A stretch of 64,000 bases of DNA, taken from the IMG/VR virus record IMGVR_UViG_3300047323_000694, positions 34,045-98,044 of that record; one strand, written 5' to 3'. The position numbers and the translations under genes were made by a program. This stretch comes from a virus. Positions 25,401-35,886 of this stretch are shown one piece after another (position 1 is the first letter of the stretch; every line of letters starts with the position of its first letter). The notes under the pieces were generated by a model that saw nothing but the letters and a program-made list of their open reading frames with translations, was not told the DNA's origin and did not search any database.

Positions 25401-27175
25401 CGCTTGGTTCTCCTGGCGCCGGTCGCGGCCACCCATTCAATATTGTCGATCTCGGCGTAGCTGGCCTCTTCAACCTCAAGGCGTAGATGCCAGTAGCGCG
25501 AAGACACGCCCTTTGCGGTGTTGATCCGGGATTCAGAGCTATCGCGTTGGATCAGCTTGTAGGTGATTTCGCGACCATAGTCGTCCTTCAGTCGAGCCAG
25601 GGCCTGGCCGTCAGTGGCGATGCCGAAGAAGATATTTTCCAGTCGCTTGGTTCGGGCCGTGCCCTGATCCTCGGCGGCGAAGTCGATCAGGAAGGACAGT
25701 AGCTTGCCGTCATCCGTATCGCCGCCGATCTTGTAGAGACCGTCCTGGCGAACCCCGTAGAGCACTTGCCCCACTCGGCAAAAGCTGGTGAAGCCGAATC
25801 CCACATACCGAGTGACGGCACCGGTAGCGATGTTGGTGGCGTACTGGATTGCCTCGTTAGCCGCGGCGTACTGGATTCCGCCGTCGCTGCCGGTATAGGA
25901 GCTGTTGGTGATGCGATTGCGCAGCGAGTAATCGCTCAGCGTCAGGCCGCCCTGGATTAGTGCTGTGATGAGCAGACTCGCGTCGGTCCGGTCCGAGATG
26001 ACCAGCATTTCAGCAATGCGGGCATCAATCGCGATGAAGAAGTCGATGACGCTTCCGAGCCGCAGCTTCTCGTTGATCGTGGCGAACAGGACGGGCTGAA
26101 AGTACGGCTCAGACTGTGCGATGATTCCCTCGACCAAGGAAACGTCGAAGAAGTTATCGGTGTCGTAGGCGCTGATCGCCGGGACATCCATCACGAACCG
26201 GATGCCCGATTGGAACTCTTCAGACATCCTGGCGGTTGGCGTAACGTCGAAATTCAGCACGCCAGGATCAATCGACAAGCCGATATCGATCGCGCTCATG
26301 ACCAGATCGAACTCTGTGGCGATGCCATCCAGGCCGATGTCGGGCACCACGATGGGTTTGGCATTTTTACCGGAGGCTGTCCCGCCGAGCAGATTCACCT
26401 CGAACGAGGATCCAGAATTAGCTGCGGTTGGCGTGCCAAGGCTCAGCGGCGCAAACGACGATCCAGAATTCGAAGTGCCCAGTGTGGGCGAATCCACGTA
26501 GTCGCCGGCCGTGTACATGGCTGCCGTAAGCTTCTTCGACCCACTGGAGCGCTGGCCGCTGGTGTAAGAGTTGATCCCAGCTCGGTAGGTGACGACCCCT
26601 GCTATGCGCTGAATGACTAGCGCTGAGGCATCATCAGCACTGATCGAGAGCGTTGCAAGCTCGATGCCGGACTCATAGACCTTAATGCCACCTCCAGCGC
26701 TATACAGACCATGCTGAATGGCTGCGAAGTCGCCGATCGATACAGAGTCAGGCGCCAGCCCGCAAATCACTGCGCCGCTAGCGGCATATGGAAGTTGAAA
26801 TGAAACGCTGAAGTCGTTATCGACAGAGTCAACGCTGCGCGCACCAGAATTCCAGCCAGTGAAGCCCTCGGTGATGACCGATGCCTCGCGACCCGCAACC
26901 CCTTTGACTGCGGGATAGCACACCGTCACTTTCGAATTAGGGACCAGAAACGGGTAATAAATATTGTCGATTACGGTCTGCCCGTTTTCCTCATGCGTAT
27001 CCATGCGCACTGGATATCCGGGCGCCACTTCATAGCCGAGGTTGATCACGTCAGTAACGAGGAAGTACTTCACGGCATTGCCGGTGGTCGTCACGCACCG
27101 GGCCGGAGTTGCGACCACCGCCGGGATGGCGGCAATGAACGTGACCTTGCCTTGCTTCGTCAGTCGGTTAGACAT
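25397..27175 (-). CDS. Tail structural protein
   Basis: 592 aa in the late operon; beta-rich C-terminal domain. Confidence 0.6.
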   Translation of the reverse strand: MSNRLTKQGKVTFIAAIPAVVATPARCVTTTGNAVKYFLVTDVINLGYEVAPGYPVRMDTHEENGQTVIDNIYYPFLVPNSKVTVCYPAVKGVAGREASVITEGFTGWNSGARSVDSVDNDFSVSFQLPYAASGAVICGLAPDSVSIGDFAAIQHGLYSAGGGIKVYESGIELATLSISADDASALVIQRIAGVVTYRAGINSYTSGQRSSGSKKLTAAMYTAGDYVDSPTLGTSNSGSSFAPLSLGTPTAANSGSSFEVNLLGGTASGKNAKPIVVPDIGLDGIATEFDLVMSAIDIGLSIDPGVLNFDVTPTARMSEEFQSGIRFVMDVPAISAYDTDNFFDVSLVEGIIAQSEPYFQPVLFATINEKLRLGSVIDFFIAIDARIAEMLVISDRTDASLLITALIQGGLTLSDYSLRNRITNSSYTGSDGGIQYAAANEAIQYATNIATGAVTRYVGFGFTSFCRVGQVLYGVRQDGLYKIGGDTDDGKLLSFLIDFAAEDQGTARTKRLENIFFGIATDGQALARLKDDYGREITYKLIQRDSSESRINTAKGVSSRYWHLRLEVEEASYAEIDNIEWVAATGARRTKR

Positions 27176-27189
27176 GGCGGTCTTCCCGA

Positions 27190-27633
27190 TTAGCCGGCGG
27201 CGATAGAGGCCACGAAGTAGTTGAGTTTGCGTTGGTCGCCGGCCGTCCAGGTCGTGCTGCTGACAACCAGATCGGCGTCGACCAAGCCGATGCCGCCCTG
27301 CAGGCGCGCAAGGGTCGTGCTGTCCGTGTTTGCGTCAGAAGGAAGCTGCATGCGGAAGAACGTCGGCGTGCCAGAGGCGACGATGGTGCCTTGCCAGACT
27401 TCAGCGGCATTCTTCTGGAGCGTACCGCCTGATGGCGTAGCTTCAAACGATACGCCGCCGCCAGTGCCATCCAGCGAATAGGTCAGCAGTAGCAAGGCAT
27501 CGCCCGGCAATGCCGCGTCGGCTGTCGCTGGCTCCGTGGCAGCCGAATAAATGTTGATTACCGTGCCCGTCAAGGCTGCCTTGAACGACCCAGTTGCCAA
27601 CATGGAGTTACGAAGACCAGTGCTGCGCTTCAT
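27190..27633 (-). CDS. Small virion structural protein
   Basis: Start MKRSTGLRN; A..GT.TFFR...RLQG pattern seen in phage structural proteins. Confidence 0.62.
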   Translation of the reverse strand: MKRSTGLRNSMLATGSFKAALTGTVINIYSAATEPATADAALPGDALLLLTYSLDGTGGGVSFEATPSGGTLQKNAAEVWQGTIVASGTPTFFRMQLPSDANTDSTTLARLQGGIGLVDADLVVSSTTWTAGDQRKLNYFVASIAAG

Positions 27634-27989
27634 GACGCGCCCCCCAAGGTGATATCGCCCGCAGCGATGGTGAAGGTGCCGGAAGTAACGGTGACCGGCG
27701 CGGTAAGGGCCTGGCGCTCGAATGCATTGCCGCCAGTCGAGGCCGACCACATGGTGATATGGGTCAGCGTGGTCGAAGCGGTGACACTGAAGCTCAGGCC
27801 CGCCGCCAATATCGCGGTTCCGGTCGTGGTGTTCAGGGTGAAGGTTGCCGCCTGCCGGTTGTAGCCGCCGCCGGATACTTCACTGGCCGCGCCGGTATCG
27901 CCCGGGTTGGCTGAGTGCAGGCCGATATAGACCGTTCCGCCAACCAGCGTCGGCAGAATCGAATTTCGTGCAGAGAGGGTCAGGCTCAT
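27630..27989 (-). CDS. Small tail-fibre-like structural protein
   Basis: YIGLHSANPGDTG..EVSGGGY.RQ motif. Confidence 0.65.
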   Translation of the reverse strand: MSLTLSARNSILPTLVGGTVYIGLHSANPGDTGAASEVSGGGYNRQAATFTLNTTTGTAILAAGLSFSVTASTTLTHITMWSASTGGNAFERQALTAPVTVTSGTFTIAAGDITLGGAS

Positions 27990-27992
27990 GGC

Positions 27993-28508
27993 TTAGCTCG
28001 CCGACAGAAGAGAGATAGCAACGCCCAGGCGGAAAGTAGATCCGGCCGGGATGTCGTAGGGCGAGGCGAAACGCGAGATCGACAGCAGAATGCCTGCGTT
28101 CGCGCCCTTGCCGGAGTTCGATACCAGAAACCCGCTGTACAGCCGGGTCGCTGCTGGGAATGTGAACTCGGCCTTGGCATCAAGGTTGCCCACCATGGAC
28201 ACGCCATCGTAAGTGTTGGACCACGTGGGCCGAGTCGCCTGGGAGTAGCCGACGCTCTCGCCCACGGCTACCGGCAAGTCTGCAGAGGTGGTCGCTGAGG
28301 TAGGCACATAGTTGGCAGCACCAACGCCTACGTACCAGCTTGAGTTGATCGTGCCGGTGCCGCGCAACAGGCCGACAATGTGATCAATACCGCTCTGCGG
28401 GATGATATTGTGGTCGGTGCGCGAATAGATCACCTCGCCAGACGGCGACACGACCTCACCGGTAAAGACAAAGCCGAACTTTGCCAGGCCTTCCGTCATG
28501 CAGGTCAT
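27993..28508 (-). CDS. Virion structural protein
   Basis: 171 aa, coupled in the late operon. Confidence 0.6.
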   Translation of the reverse strand: MTCMTEGLAKFGFVFTGEVVSPSGEVIYSRTDHNIIPQSGIDHIVGLLRGTGTINSSWYVGVGAANYVPTSATTSADLPVAVGESVGYSQATRPTWSNTYDGVSMVGNLDAKAEFTFPAATRLYSGFLVSNSGKGANAGILLSISRFASPYDIPAGSTFRLGVAISLLSAS

Positions 28509-29701
28509 GGGGTGACGATCTCCGCTTCGTAGTAATCGGTGGCGGCAAGCGGGTTTGGTCCGCGCTGACCGGCCATAGTGGTGACAACCATCTGGTTGCC
28601 GTTGTGATCGATGACGCCGGAGGCGCCTGTGGTGCTCATGTCGGGAATGAAATTGCCCTGACTAAGCAAGGTGACACTTCCGTCCACGGCGCCGACCGCG
28701 AGGCCGTACTGAGTCATCCAGGAGGCGCGACCGTCGGGCAGGATGGTTCCAGTGCCCGGGATGGCGCCGTATTCAAGCTTTGTTGTCTGCACGACTGCAT
28801 CGCCAGATTCAGGCGATTGCAGGAAATAGGTCTTGTCAGCGCACACAAACACGCCGCCATTCACCTGAATGACCAGGCTGATGGCTGACGGGTATTGGAA
28901 GAAGGAGCTGGCCATGTTGAGCAGGTGCGGGCTCATTGGCGAGGTATACCAGAGCGTCTTGCCGTCGGCGATGAGCAGGATGCCACCCAGCGCCGCGATG
29001 TAGTCGCCACCCACCGGCTCGCGCAGGTTCAGCGTGTCCAGGCGTGCTGTGTCATCACGAATGGTACTGACCGTGTAGCCGCCGGAGCCTTGATATTGCA
29101 GATAGAGGCTTTCGCCGCTGGAGGTGCTGACGTACAGCCGCGCCGTGTAACCCGCCGGGGGTGACAGCGAGAACTGCAAAGACGACTTGGCCGGAACCGT
29201 CACCTGAATAGGGTTTACGGTGCCGCCCTCTTCGCCCTTGGCATTCACCAGCGTCATTGCAGCTTGATACAGGCCTGCCGGGATGCCGCCGCCACCTACG
29301 CCAGGGTATGGCTGATTAACGACGGTGGGCACGCCCCAAGGACGCAGTGTCGATCCATCAAATCGCAATACGTCGTTCGCGGTGCAGAAGAACAACTCTT
29401 GATTCATCACAGCGCCAGCCAGTCGGCCTCCGCCCGCGATAGAGCCCAGGACTGTTTGGGTGTTGGTCGCGGTGTCGAAGCAGATCAGCGAGCCACCGTC
29501 TGCGAACAGGATTTTCGAACCGACTGACAATGCGCCGCGGCCATTCGTGGCCGGACACACCTTGTCGAACCCAGAGCGCAGACCGAGGGTGCCGCCGAAC
29601 AGAGGATCGAGGTTCACCATGTCACGGACGTAGCCGTCGGGAATATCCCGGTAGTTCGCCCGGTTGTTGATCCCGCCCGCCCAGGCGGTGGTGCCAGCCA
29701 T
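28505..29701 (-). CDS. Tail nozzle / stabilisation protein (gp10-like position)
   Basis: WAGGINN..NLD...GTL.LR.G N-terminus typical of podovirus tail tubular proteins; follows the adaptor. Confidence 0.6.
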   Translation of the reverse strand: MAGTTAWAGGINNRANYRDIPDGYVRDMVNLDPLFGGTLGLRSGFDKVCPATNGRGALSVGSKILFADGGSLICFDTATNTQTVLGSIAGGGRLAGAVMNQELFFCTANDVLRFDGSTLRPWGVPTVVNQPYPGVGGGGIPAGLYQAAMTLVNAKGEEGGTVNPIQVTVPAKSSLQFSLSPPAGYTARLYVSTSSGESLYLQYQGSGGYTVSTIRDDTARLDTLNLREPVGGDYIAALGGILLIADGKTLWYTSPMSPHLLNMASSFFQYPSAISLVIQVNGGVFVCADKTYFLQSPESGDAVVQTTKLEYGAIPGTGTILPDGRASWMTQYGLAVGAVDGSVTLLSQGNFIPDMSTTGASGVIDHNGNQMVVTTMAGQRGPNPLAATDYYEAEIVTP

Positions 29702-30354
29702 TACCAGTGACTCCGGATCGGCCGGGAGCATGCGCCGCGCCGCAGGATCGATGCCTCAAGCGCAGACTGGCATTTGCCAAGGAATTCGGCATATCGATTG
29801 TTCGACTTGGACTTGTCGAACGTCTCTGCATCGCTGACGCTGTAGGCCTTGTAGGCCAGGTACAGCAGCAAGTGGCGGCGCTCAGACGGAAGCATATCCG
29901 GGATGGCGTCGCGCTTGTCGACGTCCTTGACCGGTCGGCGGATGACGCGAAGACGAATCTCACCCGCAGCAGCGGGCTTCGGATAAAGCCGCAGATTACC
30001 CGCGCCGTCGAAATGGAAGTGGGAGCCGCAGCCGTTGAAGGCCAGCCAATATCGGCCTCTGCCGTAATCGTCGCCGCATCGCATCAGCGAGCACGACGGA
30101 CTGCCCTCAATCCAAGCGCCGACCACATCGATGATGCAAGGGTCGAGCTGGAAGCAGTCGTCACCGATGCCGTAAGGGATCAGCGTCACGTCGCCCTGGT
30201 CATCGTAGAAGCTCTTGGCATTCTCGGCGAACTCGACAAGCCCCTCATTCACCCAGCGCACCAACTGGCCATCCGACCAGAAATACGGCTGCACAGTATC
30301 CTTTTCGTCATCACGAAAGGCTTTGATGAGGGACTCGACGGTTTCGTAAGCCAT
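29701..30354 (-). CDS. Head-tail adaptor protein
   Basis: D...PYFWSD.QLV.W.NE and H..LL.Y.AYKAY motifs. Confidence 0.7.
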   Translation of the reverse strand: MAYETVESLIKAFRDDEKDTVQPYFWSDGQLVRWVNEGLVEFAENAKSFYDDQGDVTLIPYGIGDDCFQLDPCIIDVVGAWIEGSPSCSLMRCGDDYGRGRYWLAFNGCGSHFHFDGAGNLRLYPKPAAAGEIRLRVIRRPVKDVDKRDAIPDMLPSERRHLLLYLAYKAYSVSDAETFDKSKSNNRYAEFLGKCQSALEASILRRGACSRPIRSHW

Positions 30355-30357
30355 GGG

Positions 30358-30753
30358 TTATGCCAGCGAGTCTTGGAAGTGATCCCATGCATCATTGGCT
30401 TGAGCACGGGTCACGTTGAACCCGGCCTGAGCCTTCAATGCCTTGAGAGTCGGCTTGCCGGTGCTATCGAGGTCATCTGCTTCGTCACGGGTAACGATCG
30501 CTTCAATGGCCGCAATGATCAGAGCGCCGTTCTCAGAACCGCCTTGATCGTCGCTTTCGTCTTCGTCGTACTCGGCGCCCAGGTAGATGCAGCCAGCTTT
30601 GAGCGCGTGCTTGTGGTACTTGCTCGGAATGACGCTGCCCGGCTTCTGGTCTTCGGGGTCGACGCGGTAAACGCGCACGCTATGCCCCGACGGCAGGAAT
30701 ACCGGAAAAGATTCGTCGCCTTTTGGCGGGAGGATACGCAGTGCTTCAGCCAT
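30358..30753 (-). CDS. Hypothetical head-associated protein
   Basis: 131 aa; GKPTLKALK..AGF.VT motif. Confidence 0.6.
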   Translation of the reverse strand: MAEALRILPPKGDESFPVFLPSGHSVRVYRVDPEDQKPGSVIPSKYHKHALKAGCIYLGAEYDEDESDDQGGSENGALIIAAIEAIVTRDEADDLDSTGKPTLKALKAQAGFNVTRAQANDAWDHFQDSLA

Positions 30754-30778
30754 GGTTATTGCCCCTTCTCATGATGAA

Positions 30779-30800
30779 TTGCCCCGGCGAACCGGGGCGG
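30779..30800 (-). terminator. Hairpin / weak terminator after the capsid and cement genes
   Basis: Minus strand GCCCCGG-TTCG-CCGGGGC, poor U tract. Confidence 0.5.
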
Positions 30801-30805
30801 TGGTG

Positions 30806-31198
30806 TTACTCGGAGATTTCGTCGCCTTTACGCTCGACGATGTACTCGACATACACCCGAGCAGCGCCAGCGGTAGCAGCCGCGCCGGTTTGGGCGAAAG
30901 TCACGGTCACCGGGCCCTGGCCTGGCGTGATATAGCCAGTCGGAACCAGCGCTTTGATGCCGGTGGTTTTCAGGTCGATACCAGAGCCGTAACGGGCAGG
31001 CGTGACGCTGTCGCCGACACTCAGGGTCGCGGTGGTGGCCGAGTTGTAGGCAGTGGTCACCAGCACAAAGGCGCGGATGACCATGGCGCCTTCCGGCAAC
31101 ACCACGACGTTCTGAGTTGCAGCCGTGGCGAAGTCAGTGGAAAGCATCTCGTTGTAGCCAATCAGCGGCCACTGATGGTCGTAATGGAAGTAGTTCAT
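30806..31198 (-). CDS. Capsid cement/decoration protein
   Basis: 130 aa jelly-roll-like (LPEGAMV...TTAYNS...LSVGD...GAARVYVEY) directly after the MCP. Confidence 0.7.
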   Translation of the reverse strand: MNYFHYDHQWPLIGYNEMLSTDFATAATQNVVVLPEGAMVIRAFVLVTTAYNSATTATLSVGDSVTPARYGSGIDLKTTGIKALVPTGYITPGQGPVTVTFAQTGAAATAGAARVYVEYIVERKGDEISE

Positions 31199-31207
31199 GA
31201 GGCCTCC

Positions 31208-32326
31208 TTAAGCGCCCGAGTTCGGCAGGTAGTGGTCGACAGCGATTACGCCGAAGTCTTGAACAGACTTGTCGTAGATGCTGTAGAACTGCGGTTTTTT
31301 GAAGCCGATGAAGCGATCCAGCGAGACGCCCATCTGGGTGTCGTAGTTGAAAAGCTTCTCAACCCAGCCCGCGCCGCCTTGCTCGATATCAGCGAAGCCG
31401 AGAGCCTGCGAACCCAGCAGCAGAGTCCGGGTGCCGTTGATGTTGCCGCCAGCGCCCCACTTGCTGCCCGCAGCGGCGCCCAAGGTGGTGTACACCTTGT
31501 TCGATTCTTGGATGATTGCGCCGTCCACGGTCACGGTCGCGCCGGTGAACCATGGGTTGTTGTCGCCACGCACACCGGCATTGGTCAGGCCGTTCTGCCA
31601 CAGCGGGTCCATTTTCAGGGCCGCCAGGGTGCCGGGCTGAACCAGCAGCACGTAGTACTCTTTGCCGTTGGCGATCACCGGACGAATGTGGTGCGACTTC
31701 GCGTAGGCGATGAGGTCCACGATCATCTTGTATTTCGGGATGCCAGTAGCCGCGACCGAGGCGGTGCTGCCAGCGATCAAATTAGAGCCATCCCAGGTCA
31801 GATACCGCTTCGATGAGGGGGCACTCACGTCTTCGGCAAAAGCCAGGCCTGGGAAGGCGGAACCGACACGGGCCGAGCCGTCGGTGTTGAAGTTGTAGGC
31901 AATGCCGGACAGGGTCAGGATTGCCAGCTCATCAACACGTTGAGCCAGCCAGTTGGAAAGACGGCCGCGAGCCATGCGGCGGAAGTCGATAACAGACTTC
32001 TGCTCGGCCAGCTTGCCCTTGCTGCGTACTGCGTTGGAGATCAGGTCAATCTGAATCTCCTGGAAGTACGCTTGCATTTCTTCTTCGTTGCCTTCGCGCC
32101 AGTTATCACCGGTCACGCCGTCGCCGACCAGATCGGCCACCAGGTTCATGATGACCTGCGTGCCTTTCTCGGTTTTGGTCAGCTCGGTAATGTGCTGGAT
32201 GATTGCCGATTCGCCATCGCCCAGGAATTTGTTGACGAACATGTCGTCGCGGGCGGCTTCCCAGGTCTTTTTCGACCAGTAAAATTTTTGCTGCGGCTGC
32301 AAGGCCGCGAAATTGGTAGTTGCCAT
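31208..32326 (-). CDS. Major capsid protein (N4-gp56/DUF4043-like)
   Basis: IQHITELTK.EKG....LVADL.GDGV.GD...EGNEE and C-terminal DFGVIAVD; start MATTN. Confidence 0.88.
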   Translation of the reverse strand: MATTNFAALQPQQKFYWSKKTWEAARDDMFVNKFLGDGESAIIQHITELTKTEKGTQVIMNLVADLVGDGVTGDNWREGNEEEMQAYFQEIQIDLISNAVRSKGKLAEQKSVIDFRRMARGRLSNWLAQRVDELAILTLSGIAYNFNTDGSARVGSAFPGLAFAEDVSAPSSKRYLTWDGSNLIAGSTASVAATGIPKYKMIVDLIAYAKSHHIRPVIANGKEYYVLLVQPGTLAALKMDPLWQNGLTNAGVRGDNNPWFTGATVTVDGAIIQESNKVYTTLGAAAGSKWGAGGNINGTRTLLLGSQALGFADIEQGGAGWVEKLFNYDTQMGVSLDRFIGFKKPQFYSIYDKSVQDFGVIAVDHYLPNSGA

Positions 32327-32563
32327 GAGGGCAGTCCTATAAAGGTGGCTTTGTGGTTCTGGGTATGTCGCCACCCTTGCGAGGACAGGTTTGGACGCTC
32401 CTGATGCGCTTGAATCGGTCAGCTTTACGCCCTGCTGGCGAGAGACACCGAACTCGGTGAGCGAGCTACGTATTGAGCGGGTCACCCACTTAGGAAGCTG
32501 GGTGACGTCCTTGTCTCAATGGCGTTGCAGTTGCGAAATTATGTGGCTGGATCAAGCTGTCAA

Positions 32564-33523
32564 CTAAACAATGTCACCTGCGAGGCTGGCCTCGTCTTCG
32601 GCGGACAAGGACTTGAGGTCTTTGCCGGTCATCTTGCTGACGTCCAGAGTCGAGGCCCTGGCACCCACGCCATTTGGCTTGCTCGGGACCTTGGCGGCCC
32701 GGTCGATGCCCTTCTGGATGTCCTGCTTGACGACAGGAGCGGCGGACTCCTTCTCGCCTGGCTTGGCGTAGCGAGGCGCGACCCGGGCAACCGCTGCCGC
32801 CATAGCCTCAGCAGGAGACTTGCCCTTGCTCATTTGAGACTGATGCCATACCAGCACCTCTTCGATCGCCTCGGGATTGGCGTCGGCGCTCTCGCCATTC
32901 AGGAAGGGAAATTCGGAGTAGGCCTTGCTGACCTCAAGGTCAAACTCCAGCTTTGCGCGCTTGGCGTCATCGGCGGCTTTGTTGGTGCTGTAGCGGCGAT
33001 CAGCAGCAGCTTCAGCCTCGATGCGCGCCGCTTCCCGCTCATGCGTGCGGATTTCGGCCCTGATCGCATTTGCCTTGGTTTTGTCGCCATCCAGCAACGC
33101 ATCCTGGTAATTCGCTTCTGCAGCGTCGAAGTCGTAAGCGGCGGACTCCTGCCTCTGCTCATTCTTAGGCGCAGATGCTTCGGCCTTGCCATTCAGGGTT
33201 GCGAGCTGCAATTCCAGTTCATGGACCCGCTTCTCGGCGGCCTTGCGAATCGTGTTCACTTCGTTGAAGCGCGCGTGCGGCACAGTGGCGGGCTTGTCGT
33301 CACCTGCAATGGATGCCAGTGTGTCTGCGTCGTATTCGGGCTTGGCGCTGGCAGAGGAATCTTCAGCGCCTGCGTCTGCAAGGGATGCTGCCGGAGCCGC
33401 ATCAGTGTTGGCGTCTTCGCCCGGCGGGGTGTAATCCTCGCCACTCAACGCCGCTTCTTCGGCCAGGCGCGCGTCGATCTGCTCTTGGGTCTCTTGTGCT
33501 GCTGCGTTTGCTGCTGTGCTCAT
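32564..33523 (-). CDS. Scaffolding protein
   Basis: Acidic, Ala-rich coiled coil with VPHARFNEVN, between portal and MCP. Confidence 0.78.
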   Translation of the reverse strand: MSTAANAAAQETQEQIDARLAEEAALSGEDYTPPGEDANTDAAPAASLADAGAEDSSASAKPEYDADTLASIAGDDKPATVPHARFNEVNTIRKAAEKRVHELELQLATLNGKAEASAPKNEQRQESAAYDFDAAEANYQDALLDGDKTKANAIRAEIRTHEREAARIEAEAAADRRYSTNKAADDAKRAKLEFDLEVSKAYSEFPFLNGESADANPEAIEEVLVWHQSQMSKGKSPAEAMAAAVARVAPRYAKPGEKESAAPVVKQDIQKGIDRAAKVPSKPNGVGARASTLDVSKMTGKDLKSLSAEDEASLAGDIV

Positions 33524-33546
33524 GGTTTGCCCCTGGGTATTCGTGA

Positions 33547-33708
33547 TTACTTGGTGATTTTTGCCAGTTCGGCGGCTTTTTCCTTAGCGAGAGCCTTCAC
33601 TGCCGCCAAGCGTTTCTGGTCTTTATTGATTTCTGCGGCCTCGACCAGCGAGCGAAGGTCTTGCTCAACTTTCCACTTCTGATCAATTTCGACGTCGGAC
33701 TTGCTCAT
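33547..33708 (-). CDS. Small hypothetical protein (53 aa; not in the ORF track)
   Basis: MSKSDVEIDQKWKVEQDLRSLVEAAEINKDQKRLAAVKALAKEK..; start overlaps the portal stop. Confidence 0.6.
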   Translation of the reverse strand: MSKSDVEIDQKWKVEQDLRSLVEAAEINKDQKRLAAVKALAKEKAAELAKITK

Positions 33709-35885
33709 GCTGGCGCTCCTTCAATGCGTGGGGTTTCAATGCCTGCGTCAAGGCCGACGGCCGGGCTGGCTGGGGTTAGAGGATTCGTGTTGTGCGGGAT
33801 ATCAGGCGAGGCCAGGACCGTGCCCACGTATTGCGGGACGATTGGCGCGGCATTGTGATCTTGGAAGCCGGCGGACAGCAGGAGCGCATCGGCCAGATTC
33901 GAGGTGGCCGGCGTCGCGGCAATAACCCCTGCGGTCTGGATTGCGCTGTACATCGCTGTGACGGACTTCGAAACAGTGTCCGCCCGGGTGTCGTCGGTCT
34001 GTGCGTTGAGAAGATCCAGTGATGCCTTGGATTTGGCGGCATCCACCTGTGAACGACCTGCGTCGGCCTGAGCCTTCAGTGTCTGAGCGGAAATAAGCTC
34101 AGCCTTGGCCTGCAGCGTTGGATCGACCGGCGCGGCGTGCTGCTGATCCTGCATCGCCTTGACGATTTCCTGCTTATTCGCAAGGTTCGAGTATTGGATG
34201 ATGAACGGCCACGGGATGTTAGCGCCCTTCTCGTTCAGCTCGATGGCTTGCAGGAACTGGCTGTTCTCGAACGTGATCTGTGCCGGGGCCTCGGTGACGA
34301 TGACGTCATATTCGCCGATGGTCAGGTCATTCAGGATGCGCTGGTCAGGCTGCGGCCAGTTCAGGGGGATTTCGGTCGTCGCTTCCTGGCCGGAAGGATC
34401 GGACTCGGTGATGCGCATGATGCGCGGCTGATCGTAATAGGCCTGGATCAGCTCAAGGATGCGCGTGGCGACCATCGCCCGTGTTCTGGCAAGGTTATCC
34501 AGGGGGACGGCAAGCTGCTGCTGAGCGGCGAACTGGCGAGTTTGGATGGCAATGCCGGAGACTTCGTTGCTCTGGTTGCCGGACATGGCCTGGTTTACGC
34601 CGGTTGCCGACTCCAGCAGTGCGGAGGCTCTATCAATGATGCGATCGAATCCGGTCGGCACCTGGTTGGGCTGGATCTTCTGAGGCCTGTCGAGTTGCTC
34701 GGTGCCCTTCTTGATAACTATGTGCAGCCCAGTCTCGGCGCCGCGATTAGCCAACTCATCGTCTGCCATGTTCACAAGCGTGCCTGCAACCGTGACCCAG
34801 CCGCTATTGGCAGTAGTGTTGATGATGTGCAGGAACTGGCTCATCGACTTGTTCAGGAGTTGTTGCGGCCCAATCGCGTCATCCACCAGGCCACGGGTTT
34901 TACCGCGGCGAAACGTGGGGAAGAACGGAACCACGGTGAAATGGTTGAACGGGGACCATTCGTCGTGCAGAACCTTGTCCTTGGTCGTGATCAGCCAGCG
35001 CACGCGGCGAATCTTGCGCTTCTGCTTGATGCCACCCGCCGCTACCATCTCTTCGATGGCCTTCGGGTTGATATCTTCGACCAGCCGGATATCACCGGTT
35101 GCGGTGATGATTACCTCGGCAAGGTCCATCTGCCAGAACTGACGATCGATGACGCGATAGCGCTTGGTTGACTTGTCATCAGGATCATCGCCATAAAATT
35201 CCGGGTACAGCGAGTCTGATTCGCCAAAGGTAGCGCGCTCGATATCATCAAGAACTGGCAAGAAGGTGTCGCCGGAATCGCTTTCGTCATCGATCGCCCT
35301 GGCGGCCTTACTGCCGTGCATGGCCTCGATTTCGATAGCTGTCAGCATCCGACTGGTAGTGACATCAGCCCAATCGTCCGGGTCGTAGCTGTTGGCGTCC
35401 GGGTCGGGGATCACGTCCATCGGGTCGAGAATGTCAATTTTGACCTCGCCCAGGATCGTATCCTCGTAGCTCATGCGGATATCGAAGTAGCCGCGCTGCT
35501 GGATCACGCCATCGCTGAACACCTGGGTTTCTTTGAAGTGAAGCTGATTGTTGTCGGCAATCTGCATGGCGAGCTTCGACAGCGTGGTAGCGGTCTCGGC
35601 ATCAGCGGCGCCGGAGCGCGGGCGAAACCCGATATCCATGCGGTTACCGATCTGATACCCAACTGCAGCGTTGATCTTGTTCTTGATCTGGTTGAACTCG
35701 AGCGCCGGCCGACCAGCTTCGGTGAGGATGGCAACGTCAGCCGCTTTCCACTGGCAGCCGCCGCCCAGGTAGTAGTCCTCACACTCCCGCGCTGTATCGA
35801 CGTAGTTCCTGTGGCCACGATTCAGCCCGTACTCGTACCGAGCCCAGTTGTCCGTCGCTTTTTGCTTGTCGGAGGCATCAGCCAT
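33705..35885 (-). CDS. Portal protein (P22/N4-like)
   Basis: ~726 aa; YY.G.QW....L...GRP.L.FN.I, DPD....D..D.. and long C-terminal helical barrel. Confidence 0.88.
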   Translation of the reverse strand: MADASDKQKATDNWARYEYGLNRGHRNYVDTARECEDYYLGGGCQWKAADVAILTEAGRPALEFNQIKNKINAAVGYQIGNRMDIGFRPRSGAADAETATTLSKLAMQIADNNQLHFKETQVFSDGVIQQRGYFDIRMSYEDTILGEVKIDILDPMDVIPDPDANSYDPDDWADVTTSRMLTAIEIEAMHGSKAARAIDDESDSGDTFLPVLDDIERATFGESDSLYPEFYGDDPDDKSTKRYRVIDRQFWQMDLAEVIITATGDIRLVEDINPKAIEEMVAAGGIKQKRKIRRVRWLITTKDKVLHDEWSPFNHFTVVPFFPTFRRGKTRGLVDDAIGPQQLLNKSMSQFLHIINTTANSGWVTVAGTLVNMADDELANRGAETGLHIVIKKGTEQLDRPQKIQPNQVPTGFDRIIDRASALLESATGVNQAMSGNQSNEVSGIAIQTRQFAAQQQLAVPLDNLARTRAMVATRILELIQAYYDQPRIMRITESDPSGQEATTEIPLNWPQPDQRILNDLTIGEYDVIVTEAPAQITFENSQFLQAIELNEKGANIPWPFIIQYSNLANKQEIVKAMQDQQHAAPVDPTLQAKAELISAQTLKAQADAGRSQVDAAKSKASLDLLNAQTDDTRADTVSKSVTAMYSAIQTAGVIAATPATSNLADALLLSAGFQDHNAAPIVPQYVGTVLASPDIPHNTNPLTPASPAVGLDAGIETPRIEGAPA

Positions 35886-35886
35886 A

